Positions 34,396 through 45,159 of a stretch of 64,000 bases of DNA are shown in pieces. The stretch covers positions 1-64,000 of the forward strand of contig CDMY01000446.1 of the NCBI GenBank assembly GCA_001179505.1. Reading direction: 5' to 3'. The notes below the pieces were generated by a model, which worked only from the letters and a program-made list of their open reading frames with translations, made no database searches and was not told the DNA's origin. The translations under genes and the position numbers were made by a program. The stretch is from Vitrella brassicaformis CCMP3155 (taxonomy: Eukaryota; Protista; Chromerida). Position 1 is the first letter of the stretch, and every line of letters starts with the position of its first letter.

Positions 34396-37300
34396 ATGAT
34401 GGACAGTACAAATGGTGCCGTGACGCTTCCCTCACCCATAACACAGTACAGAGCGGAAAGCGAGGCGCCTCCGCGGCGCAAAAAGAAGAAGGCCGTTATA
34501 GATGACGACGAGAAGCGGCGCGTGAGCAAGGTGGGCAGCTTCGGCAGCCCCACGGCAGGCAAGAGGGCCGAGGAGACGCCCCCGCAGAGGGCGTCCACGG
34601 CGTCTGAGGTGGGGGTGCCGCTGGGCGGCGTGCTCTTCCTGCTCCGCAAGCGGAACAGCGAAAACTTCTGCCTCAAGCTCTTCTTCTACAGCGTGTTCCT
34701 GGGGCTGTTTATTGCCATCACCATGCTGGCAAGGCCTACCAAGTCATCCTATGAGATGCTGGCGGCCGCACGGGGGCTCAGCGCATTGGTCAGCCAGCCA
34801 CAATCACACTTGCACATCCGTATATCTATTTGTCCATGCATGCCGTGCGTTCTTCGCCTGTATGCATGCAGGAGGCAATGCCGAACGCCAATTTTGAGAA
34901 GACCTTTGTAGATGTGGCGCACGACGGCGATTGGTGGGATTGGTGCCTCACGGTGCTGTCGCCGTTTCTGCGTAGTGCGTGGTGGACCAACAAGGAGAAC
35001 CGGACGGGCCTGCTGTACAACGCCGTCTTCATGCCGGTGCGCTTCCGGCAAGTGCGGGTCAAGGAGGACACCTGCAACACACCCGACGGCAACTCAGGTA
35101 CCCACCTGTGTGAGAAGAACACCATGCAGAAATGCATATTGGCAATGTGTGGGCAGAGATGGCCCGTCCGTGCTGGGGCAAGTTCACGTCGAAGCATCTG
35201 GATGACAGTCTTTTCGGCGAGGAGTATAATAACACATTCAAGACAGACATGAACAAAGTGTCGGGCAAAGAGGTACATACACATATGCACACCACCCCTC
35301 GACACGCGCCAGCCGGCATTGGTATTCATTGAGCAGGGGTACGGTCCATCGTACGGCCGTGCTGCACATGTGGTGGACATCATCTTCGGCCCGATGGTAG
35401 AGAACGGCACCGACATTGGGCTGCTGACTCTGACGAGCGACAATACGTCAGTGCTGCCTGACGCTGGTAGTGGCATGCCAGTTGAGAGCGTGGAGGTGCC
35501 CTGGCAGCTGGCACTCATGCTCAACGACACTTGGACAACCTACGCCACACGCGCTGTGAGTGAGAGAGGAAGTGGGAGGGCAGTCAACGAACCCGTATGT
35601 GTGTCTCTGTGGCAGATAAGCGTGGAGGCAGGGATGTATAACCCCAATGTGGACTTGGCCATGTATGTGCGGTGGCACCTGGACATCAGCCCGGGCGGCC
35701 GCGTCGAGCCGAGCATCCTCTTCACGCCTTGCAGATTGCTCCCATACAGGTAGGAAGGCCAGAATGAAGGGAGGGAAAACGGAAACGACATTGCTTCTTG
35801 GCTTTGTTGTCTTCTCTTCTGTCTTGTCCATGGTGGTACGTGCAGTCAGCCGATCGACTGGTTCCGGTTGTGTTTGGAGGTGGCGTTCACGTGCTATATT
35901 GTGGTCTACTGGTGGATAGAGTTCTATGAAATGCGGACGCTCGGGCTCAAAGCCTACTTCTTGTATGTACCCATCCCCCAACACATGAACGCCACACCGA
36001 GGGAGACAACACACGGATGGAGGGATGCATGTGTGTTCGGGCTCGATCAGGTCGTTGTGGAACTGGATTGAGCTGGCCAATCTGTCGATTTACTTGACCA
36101 TCCAGATCTACTGGTTTGCATACCTCTCATTTGACAGGCAGAAATTCACCAAGGTACACACTCGTACTGCTCGGCTAGGTATGTCTCTGTGGCACCTGTT
36201 GGATGTGCGTGTGTCAGGTGTTGGATGAGTTTGGCGAGGAGTTCTTCCGCATAGCCGACCACTACAACTTCACATCCAACCTCGCCGCCTTCAACATCAT
36301 CTGGGCGTTCATCAAAGTCAGTAGATGCACCCGGATGCAGCCATGTCTCCTCTATGCTCTATGTGGTGTGCTGTGCTGTGCTGCGCCGATCAGGTGTTCA
36401 AGTATCTGCAGATGTATCCGTCGATGAACACCCTGTGGGAGGTGCTGTCGCTGTCGATGAAGGATACCCTCCCCTTCGCGGCGGTCTTCCTCCTCTTTGT
36501 CTTCGGCTTCACCTTTGCGGCCCACTGGCTGTACGGATTCACTCTCAGGGAGTTCCACTCGTGGGGACAGTCATTCTCGACACTCATGCAGACACTCAGT
36601 CAGTGATGATGCAGACAGACAGACAAAAGAGCACACGATGGTTGATGGGGTGTGTCTATGTGTGTAGGTGGTGGGCTGCCATATGAAGACATGAAGCGGT
36701 TCGCGCCCGTTGCCACACCGATATTCTTCGCCGCATGGTCAGCCACACACACCCCCACAGAGAGGACACAGGCAAGTAGCAATGGCATTGGTTGTCGTGT
36801 GTGTCAGGATATTGATGATAGCGTTAGTGATGGTCAACATGTTTGTGGCCATCCTCACCGATGCTCACACAGAGACACAAACACGACTGAGGAAACTGGA
36901 GGAAATCGAGGTCAGCCAGCCATTGGGAGCACGCAGGCGACTGAATGCATTGTGTTTCTGTGGGTGTGTGCAGGCGCGGCACACCGGCCGGTCAGCGCTG
37001 ATCAATTTCTTTCAGGGCGTGTGGAGATACATCACATCATTCGTCAAGAAGCGAAGAGAAGCCGCAGGCTACAAGGTAGTCTCCTGCGCACACCACACGC
37101 TCCCTAATCTCTCTCTCTCTCTCTGTGTGTGTGTGTCTCGCGCCTGTCAGAAGGATCGCAGCGGCATGTGGCCGCACGTCCCCGAGCAGAGCAGCAGCAG
37201 CATGCTGGACATGGACCAGAAGTCGCCCAAGCGGGATGTGGAGGCGGGCGTCGTCGAGGGCGAGGGCGGCCCACTGTCTTCCTTCCAGCCGCAGGCGGAG

Positions 37301-38282
37301 GAGGACCACATGCCCGAGACGCTGTGGGACTATGACCCAAAGACGGAGGCGCTCAACGTCCTCATGAAGAAGGTCACTCATGAGAGAGAGCGAGGCTGGA
37401 TTGATTGCACAGGCCATGTGTTTGTGTGTGTATGCAGCTGGATCAGCGGAAGGGCTGGGAGCATGTTCAGCGGGAGGTGTTATCCAACAACACCGTCAAG
37501 AAGGCAGACGGGCTCGCACCGCTATTCGGAGGGGACATCGAGGCTGCCCGTGAGTTTGCCAAGCGTCTGAACCACCTTCTGACTGAAGGACAGGCGCTCA
37601 CATGGGTGAGGAGACAAGCGACAGCGAGAGACACACCATCAGCCAGCCAGGTGTCCGCACCCCGTCTCCTTGTCTTGTATGTAGGAAGAGCAGCGCGAGG
37701 AAGATGAAGTGAAGATGCTGCTTGTGCTGCAGACACAGGTCAGGATACAAATGGACGTATAAATGGGGAGACATGATGCAAAACCTTGTTTGTCTGCAGG
37801 TGAGTCAGCTGCACCATCGCGTCAGGGCAGTCCGCAAGCAGGCCGAGAAGGCCCACAAGGAGCAGAAGCTGGCCTCCGCCCTTGCCCTTCCAGCCAGCAA
37901 GAAGAAGAAGAAGAAGAGCAAGGTGGAGGCCAAAGACAAGGACGCCGGCTCCCCGGTGCAAGATCGCCCGAGCCCTGAGGGCGGCGGGTCCATCGAGGAG
38001 ACACCGCCCCAGCAACAGCCGCAGCCATCTGCAGTCCTGCCCGGCCTGCCGTCACCAGCCCCACCGCACACGGAGCAGGCCCCTCGGCTCGAATACACCA
38101 ACGACTCTTACTTCGAGCGGCAGCCTTCAAAGGGCAGCGGCAGCCCCAGCCGGGCCCTGACTGTGAACCACAGGCGGTCCAAGGCACGCATAGACCCGCT
38201 GTCTGCCTTCAGTGCAGGGGAGGGGGAGGGGGTCAGGACACCGCTGCCGGGGCAGGTGTCGGAAATGGAAGAGGGAGACTGA
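34396..38282 (+). CDS. Polycystin-2-like (TRPP/PKD2) cation channel
   Basis: TM1 LFFYSVFLGLFIAI; extracellular TOP-like VRFRQVRVKEDTC; SLWNWIELAN; IKVFKYLQMYPSM; pore EFHSWGQSFSTL; S6 VMVNMFVAIL. Confidence 0.88.
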
Positions 38283-38573
38283 GGTCAGCAGCCGTTTCCC
38301 TCTTTGTGTGTGTGTGGTTGGTGTAAAGGGCGACGGACATTTTATGCATGCGTATTTGCGTGGATGCCAGCTAGATTCGGGTCCCTCATAAGTGCGTTTA
38401 GATCCATCCATGGTTGCGTGCTTCCATATGTCGCTGTTCGATAGACTCGGTGTCGCTTTCTTACATGCTCACACTTTTTAATTACACATGGAAGGCAATG
38501 CAGTCGTCCTCACACACGTACATGCAGCCATCGATGTCCAACCTTCACCCACACGTGAGACACGAGCAATACA

Positions 38574-39728
38574 TCAGCTCCATGATTTCTTGCCGCGTGC
38601 CCGCAATCGCTGAACAGTGGCTTGCGCGTGCTTGTCCCTGATCCCATGTACATGCATTCGACAGGGCGTCCGGATTCAGTCAACGCATCGATTAATGCAG
38701 AGAGTGTACCTCGGCAGCCATCTGAGGTTGTTCAGGGAATTGTTGCATGGATTGCCATCGATGTGGTCCACGTCCAGATAGCTCTCATCGTATCCTTCCG
38801 ACAGCCACCGGGCCTTCTCCTCATGCAGAAACACCTCAGCGCACAAGCGGTGCACCAAGTACTCGCGACCTGCAAGTCCTACGCTCCGATACCCCGACGC
38901 CACCAAGTAACCCTCGGTCGTCCGTCCGTTGCTATGGCGCACTCTGCCTTGATTCGACACCATAGGGAGCCGCTTGCCGACGTAGCTGTCCGCAAGAAAT
39001 CGGACGGAGCGGAAACGCTCACCAGGCCAGTTCAACTGGGGCAGAAAGTAGAAAGCCCAGCCACATGTTGGCCTCTGTCGCCTCCTCGCGACCTCATTCA
39101 CGTGAACTGGTGGAAGATGCAGCTCTTCTGATGCGTGACGGATGGACCGGAAGACTCGTGTCTCCCCGGTGCGAAGGCAGCGGGCTTTGAGGGGCATGGC
39201 GCTGGCGATAAGGGGCCTCGGGCGGGGCAGAGTGGAGGCCGTCTTGATGGCGTGGTGCTTCGGCGTCACCCACTGCAGGTTCGAGACAGTATTGTTGTCT
39301 CGCACGCCATCTTTGTGGTCCACTTGCAGCTTCCCCGCCATATCCTCGCCGTGCTCAGCGATGAGAATGGCCTTCGCGTGCGTCAGGAAGGTCTCAGCCA
39401 CCAGCCGATGGACGCGATATGGCTTGTAATTCAGCGTGATGATGCGATAGCCGCTACGGTTTAGGCCGCCAGCTGAAACAGTGCCGTTCGGCCGCCAGAT
39501 TTGTCCAGTGGTGGACGCCTGGGCCCCTTGTTTGCAGTGACCATCGAATGGAGGGATGGGCCGGTAGCTCTCACCATTGCCTGGAAGTGGCGGCACGGAA
39601 TGAGTCGTGCCAAACAAGCGGACGGTGCGTGTGGGCGTGTGGGGGGTGGGGACCGGGATCCACTGCAAGCTGGTCACGCAGCAGTTCGAAGCCACGAGTA
39701 GTGCACTTGGACGGCAGACGCGAAGCAT
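38574..39728 (-). CDS. Tandem NUMOD4-HNH / NUMOD1-like HTH / NUMOD4-HNH homing-endonuclease-like protein, one 72-bp intron (38638-38709)
   Basis: VHRLVAETF..VDHKDGVRDNNTVSNLQW and VHRLCAEVF..VDHIDGNPCNNSLNNLRW; NUMOD4-like VSNQGRV; HTH-like TGETRVFRSIRHASEEL. Splicing gives WLPRDKHAQAT..SWS*, parallel to WVTPKHHAIKT of domain 1. Confidence 0.88.
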
Positions 39729-40587
39729 TTTGGGGTTCGGAGAGCCGCAGTCGATCCCTTTTTCCTCGTCAATTTCTTCCTTCCCTCCCGATTAGCCCAA
39801 ATCTGGGCCAATTTTCGTCATCAGGGATGCGCGAGGGACGGTTTGCCACTCGTCTCGTTCATGCCGCAACTTTCTTGTGTCTTGTGTCGTGTAGCTCTTG
39901 AGAAGGCAAATACACAACCCCTCCCACACACAACCAACGCGGCAGCCAAGCCCGAAAGTCAATTATAATGCACATACATACAACCATTCCATCATGTCCA
40001 ACCACAGCACGCGCGAGGCATGCCTCATGGTCGTGCTACCAACACGTGGCCCCTCTCAACCCCTCCCCCGTCCTATGCACGGTATCAATGTGTATATCTA
40101 TATATAGTAGTGTGGACTGTGCTGTCTAAGTACGTACAGTCGTAAATGCATCCACGAGATGTGTGTGTGAGTGTCCTGTGTGTGATTCAGGTCTGGTCGA
40201 GGCGTGTGTGTGTAAGTAAGTGAGGAGAGAGATACATGCACGGCGGGACATTAACTGTCTGGGCAGAAACGAGGGACATGGACAAAAACTGCCAAGCGAA
40301 ACAGTACAGTGTCGTCGCTACACGTACAAATGAGTACACATGCAGAGAGACAGCACAGCACCAGCCAAACCGAAGCAAAAATCCGGGGAGTGCGACAGCC
40401 GCCCGACCTTACCACCAGCAGCACATCATCATTTCCACGCATGTACGGTACGCGCTGTGCTGTGCGTGGCTACCCCTCCCATACAGCCAGTGTATGGATG
40501 TAGGCCTGGCGTGCTCTGCTTGAGCACATGTATGTAGGCATAAATGAAGACATACATACATCACACGCACATCGTCCGTCTGTTAAG

Positions 40588-42994
40588 CTAAGCTGCACTA
40601 ACACTTGTCCCGTGCGTGTCGCCCCTGAGCAGCTCCCACTTGCCCGCCAAGGAAGAATGAATCAGCACCGCTATGTGGACGACCATCGACATGGCAGTGC
40701 TGACGAGCTGCATCACCAAATAGAGAGGGCTAAACAGCTCTCGCGCCTCGGCTGGCGCGACGTGTGCGCTCTCCGGCAGCACCCAGTAGAGTGTCGACGG
40801 GGTCTCCCCTGTCGTCCTGATGCTCGAGAACAGGATGATGGACGCCATCAGGATGGGCGCCTCCCCACACAGACCCAACACGGCATACATGATCCGAACA
40901 GCCGGGCCATTGTCAGGGTATGCCAGCTTCACAAACCAGCAGGCGGCGTCCAGCCCGCACAGCACCATGATGCCCCAGCCAACGGGAGAGCTCCACTTAG
41001 TCAGCTGCAGCACCAAGAGTGCGGTGGTGGCGTCTGCCACAAGGTCCACGGCCGTGAGGAAGCAGCGGACGACATAGGCCATCCATCTGCGCATGGGGCG
41101 GGCGGGCATGTACCTCCCCAGCACACAACGCATGGCGCGGAGCAGCAAGCGTTGCCATCGCGGGGTCGTCCTCTGCTGCTCGCCGGCTTGCTTATTATTC
41201 TCCTCGGTCCTGAACCGCTCATACGCCCGATCTCCGATAAGAATGCAAAAGACCTGCAGGCACCCACACACATCGACGTGCACGACCGTCCCCATACTGC
41301 TTGTCTGTCTCTGTGTGTGGTTCTCCCTCTCCCTGTTGGCTCCACTGACCAGTGTGTTGACGAACATGGCCCACCAAACAACGACCAGCGAATTCCTGCC
41401 CCACATCTGGGCGTCGGGCGTGTCGCTCACAGAAGTCCGTATGAGATCGTAAAAACGGTAGGCCGACATGAGCTGGTTCGGCCACCACAGGCACCACTTG
41501 ACGCGACGCAGCGCCGCTGGCCGAGCGAACAGCGTGACGAAGAGAAAGAGGCTCATGTTGGCAAGCAGCAGCACCAGGATGATAATGTGTGGCCATGTGA
41601 CGTATTTCTGCATCTGACCTGCATTCAGGCAAAACACACACAGACACGTCATCTGCTCCCTCAGGCACACACGCAAAGCATCTGACCGTCATGAAACTTG
41701 TCGTCGTAGCGGCGGACGAGCAGCGTCGTGAGGGTGCCGGCCCATAGGAAGGCAGAGAACCCCACAAAGCCTGGTGGGCCGACATGATGCCTCAAATTGT
41801 CCCACGAAAACTGCTGGTAGACGTCGTAGATGCCGCCGGGTGTCTTGTGCTGCCCAATCGAGGGACCCTGCAGCTGCTTGGCCTGGTCAATGACGGATAT
41901 CACGTGCACGAACGAGTGAGCATGAGCATCAGGTTGCTGATCAAAATTGGCCGAGCAGTTGCCTGTCGCATCTTCTGCTGGGGAGGGGGGGCAGGGCGTG
42001 TTGTGTGGGGTCGGTGCGGGAGGTGGCTTGGGAATGGACGAGTGGCGGCGACTGGCCGAGTAGAGCACAAACAAGAGGCAAGCTGTGAGAACCTCAGACA
42101 GGCCTGCAGACACAGAAGAGAAGACACCGTTGTCCCTCCTTCCCTCCTCGTGGCTCCCTAAAGTGGTTGACTGACCAATCAGCGCCACATCCCAATCGAT
42201 GAAGGCCATGATGTAGGGATCCCTGTACAGCTTTTTCACATCCCGTGGCCTCCCAAACAACGAGATGATGCCGCCATTGACCCCACCGACCGCGGCAAGT
42301 ACACCAAACACCGCCATGAGCAATCGAAGCAGCCTTTGCATAGAGGAGTCGTCAACTCGCAAGTTGCGAGGCGCGGGCGCTTCCCGCGAGGGAGGGTCGT
42401 GTGGCGTGGAGGGGGATCGTGTGCTGGGGGTGGACGGCAGCACTTGCTGCTGCTGCTGTCGTGGTGTGCACCGGTGGAGCAGCGAGGAGAGCTTCGTCAC
42501 CGTATAGCCAAGAGCGCACAGCTGGCGGCGGACCTGCATAGACAAACAAGGGGACACAGACGTGTGTCTGCTGGATACACATCCTCATGTCGACACAGAC
42601 GTGTGTCTGCTGGATACACATCCTCATGCCGCGTCTACCAGAAGGGCTAGAGTAAGGCCGACACATAGCCCACCGGCCATCGCGAACACCCTGAGCAGCA
42701 AGCCAGACACCAAGTGCGGAGAAACGATGGCTGACTGCATATATGTGTTGTGTGGATTGCTCACTTGACGAAGATCAATTCTTTGAAGCCAGGCACTTGC
42801 AGCAGGGTGGGTGCGTATCTCTCGGGGAATGGCCGGACCACCGTTGCTGTGTTGAGGCAGAGAGAAAGAAGCAGCATCGCCACGCAGATCCATGAGCATC
42901 GTTCGGCGAGGATCACTGCGTCGTCAAGCGCCGCCTGCCGCGTTTCGGGAGGAGGCCTCTCGTCGAGATCCTTTGCTGCCGGCGTGTCCGGCAT
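40588..42994 (-). CDS. Multi-pass membrane protein of unknown family
   Basis: Many hydrophobic stretches in the ORFs at 42761-43018, 41661-42557 and 40588-41676. No recognised family motif; exon joins uncertain. Confidence 0.55.
42553..42628. repeat. 37-bp direct repeat x2 (period 39), probably intronic
   Basis: gacacagacgtgtgtctgctggatacacatcctcatg at 42553 and 42592. Confidence 0.9.
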
Positions 42995-43076
42995 GGTTGA
43001 AAGATCTGGGTAGAGCACAGCTGCCCCAGCTGCCCCATGGCCTCTGTCCTTCCCTCTGCGTTCTCTCCCGGTCCAC

Positions 43077-43084
43077 AGCTCGCA
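43077..43084 (-). promoter_or_regulatory. TGCGAGCT motif ~85 bp upstream of the membrane-protein ATG
   Basis: AGCTCGCA on +; a one-mismatch variant TGCTCGCA lies at 43188-43195. Confidence 0.45.
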
Positions 43085-43203
43085 TTTGCTAGCGTCGTTC
43101 GTTCGTTGACGATTAGCGAAGAGGAGCCCTTCGCGGGCGATCTGCTGCAGAATGAAGACGTGGGAAGAACTGGCGCTACCCTGGAATTGCTCGCATCATA
43201 AGA

Positions 43204-43275
43204 GGAAGGCGGCGGGATCGAACCCGCATTGAATCGTTCATCCAGAGAGCGGTTGATTGATTGTGCTACACCTCC
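43204..43275 (-). pseudogene. 72-nt tRNA-like relic (tRNA pseudogene or SINE head); anticodon not assignable
   Basis: Acceptor stem GGAGGTG/CGCCTTC (7 bp, 2 G-U), TAGCACAA at positions 8-15, T-arm GCGGG-TTCGAT-CCCGC starting at position 49. D and anticodon arms do not fold canonically. Confidence 0.45.
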
Positions 43276-43715
43276 CTGATATGTTAGCGAGGACAGATCT
43301 GCACGGTCCTGACCATTGTCTGCGCATTGGTGGGTTCTCTACCGTACGTTTGAGGACTTCAGTGGACTCCTGTGTCACTTCAAAATGATTGAGTGTGTCC
43401 AAGTCACATGGATCAACCAACCACACACCACACGGCACTCGTGCGTCACACCCACCGCCACCTCACCCGGGCCCGGCCTAGCTATCGCCTCCTCTTCACG
43501 TCACGCACACAGGGCATCCAACCCTCCACTGAGGCAGGCAGCTAACCGAGCCCTTAGAGGCGGACCAGCACGCACGACACACGCCAACACTCACACGCAT
43601 TCCATGCACAGACACACGCATCATCGCCGTCTGCAGAGGGACGGTTGGTTGGTCGATGGTGGATGGCCTGGCGCGTGAGGCACCCCTCCTTGGCTGGCCG
43701 GCTGCATGCCTCGCC

Positions 43716-44997
43716 TCACTTGGCCTTCGCCGCCTCCTTCTTGGCTGCTGCGGCCTTCTGGTCGTGCTCCTCCCTCTTGTGCTCCTTCTTGGCCTTCTTC
43801 CACGCATCCAACACCTCCTGCAGCGCACCATCATACCCACACCACACACACCACACGAGACGAACGAAGTGAGGTGGATGGCCTGGCCTGCTCTTCTGTG
43901 TGATCGGCCGATTCGATAGGCGTATGTGTGTTCAGTGAGTACCCTACGAACGTACCTTATATTTGGCGGCCGCCTCGCGCGACTTCTTGACCTTGGCGAT
44001 CTTGTCCTCCTGACATCACACACACCATACGCACCGCAAGACTCGACTTCAAGGGCCTAGCCCTCCCCGTGTGACCCACCTGTCGCTTCTTCTTGCGGTA
44101 GATCCTGGTGGAGGTGATGAGCCGCTGGATCTTGGGTGCCTTGTCGCCCTTGCGGCCCTCGATGGTCCGGCGGATGACGTGCGGCCGCACGTCCTCGTCC
44201 TTGGCCAGCGCAAAGAGCTTGCGGATCTTGTTGGCGCGCTTGGGACCCAGGCGGCGGGGCTGGTTGCCGTCGGTGAGGCCGGGGATGTCGTTGTCGCCCT
44301 GCTTGACCACGGTGAGGGCGAGGACACCGATGTCGGGTCCCACGATGCAGCCGCGGACGGACTTGCGCTTGAACTGCCCTTTGCGCCTGGGGCGGAAGCA
44401 GGGCATGCCCTCCTTGAAGAGCAGGCGGACTCGTGTGTTGGTGAGGACGCCCTGCATCATGGGGAAGCCCTGCTTGTCGTTGCCGCCGGTGATGCGGAAG
44501 ATGTAGCCCTTGAACTCGTCACCCAAACTGTCGCCAGGCACCTCAGCAGCCATGCGCTGACACACACAACACACACACACACACAGACACACAGATCTGG
44601 CTGGTGAGGGGGATCTCTCTGTGTGTGGTGTGGTGTGCTGTGGTCTGTGTGTCAGCCGTACCTTGTCGAAGAAGGGCAGGAGCTTCCTGTCATCCTCGAC
44701 CTCCACCGTCTTCTGCTGACCATTGGCGGGGTTCGCGATGTTGACTGATAGCGCACACACACACACACAGAAGCAGCAAACCGCAGACCAACGACGAGAT
44801 GATGATCAGTGCGACGGCGGCATCAGGCAACCAAGTAGGGCAGCCACGTGTCGTGTGACCTGTCACTTCGCCTCTCTGTGACCTCCCCACAGAACAGCAA
44901 CCTTCCCCATCTGTCTGCGAGTGCCTGACTCGTGCGTCTGTGTGGATCACGCCATATCTGCCCTTCCCATGGTGTCCCCCGTCTGCTTACTCTTCAT
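43716..44997 (-). CDS. RPS6: 40S ribosomal protein eS6
   Basis: MK|[22 protein letters not shown]; [17 protein letters not shown]; RKSVRGCIV; [16 protein letters not shown]; KAPKIQRL. Confidence 0.98.
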
Positions 44998-45033
44998 CGT
45001 CGCCCGCGGAGGCCTCTTTCAAAAGGAAAGGCG

Positions 45034-45058
45034 TGCGAGCTCAGCTGCGAGTGCGAGC
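45034..45058 (+). promoter_or_regulatory. TGCGAGCT plus two variants (TGCGAGTG, TGCGAGCC) in RPS6/Kelch-BTB divergent gap
   Basis: gcgtgcgagctcagctgcgagtgcgagcct, 37 bp upstream of the RPS6 ATG. Confidence 0.55.
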
Positions 45059-45159
45059 CTGAGAAAGGGAGGAAGGGGAAGAGAGTGCAGGGCGTGTGTG
45101 TTGTGTATGTTGGCGTGATGGTTGAGCTTGAAGTGTTGAAAGCGGGGTAGCGACGCGTC

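Noticed and set aside
38574-39728. IscB/Fanzor/Cas-like RNA-guided system
   Set aside because: No RuvC motifs, no adjacent array or structured ncRNA seen; the HNH is of the NUMOD4-associated type.
44750-44990. Box C/D snoRNA in the long first RPS6 intron
   Set aside because: CTGA D-boxes are present, but there is no RTGATGA C-box or terminal stem.
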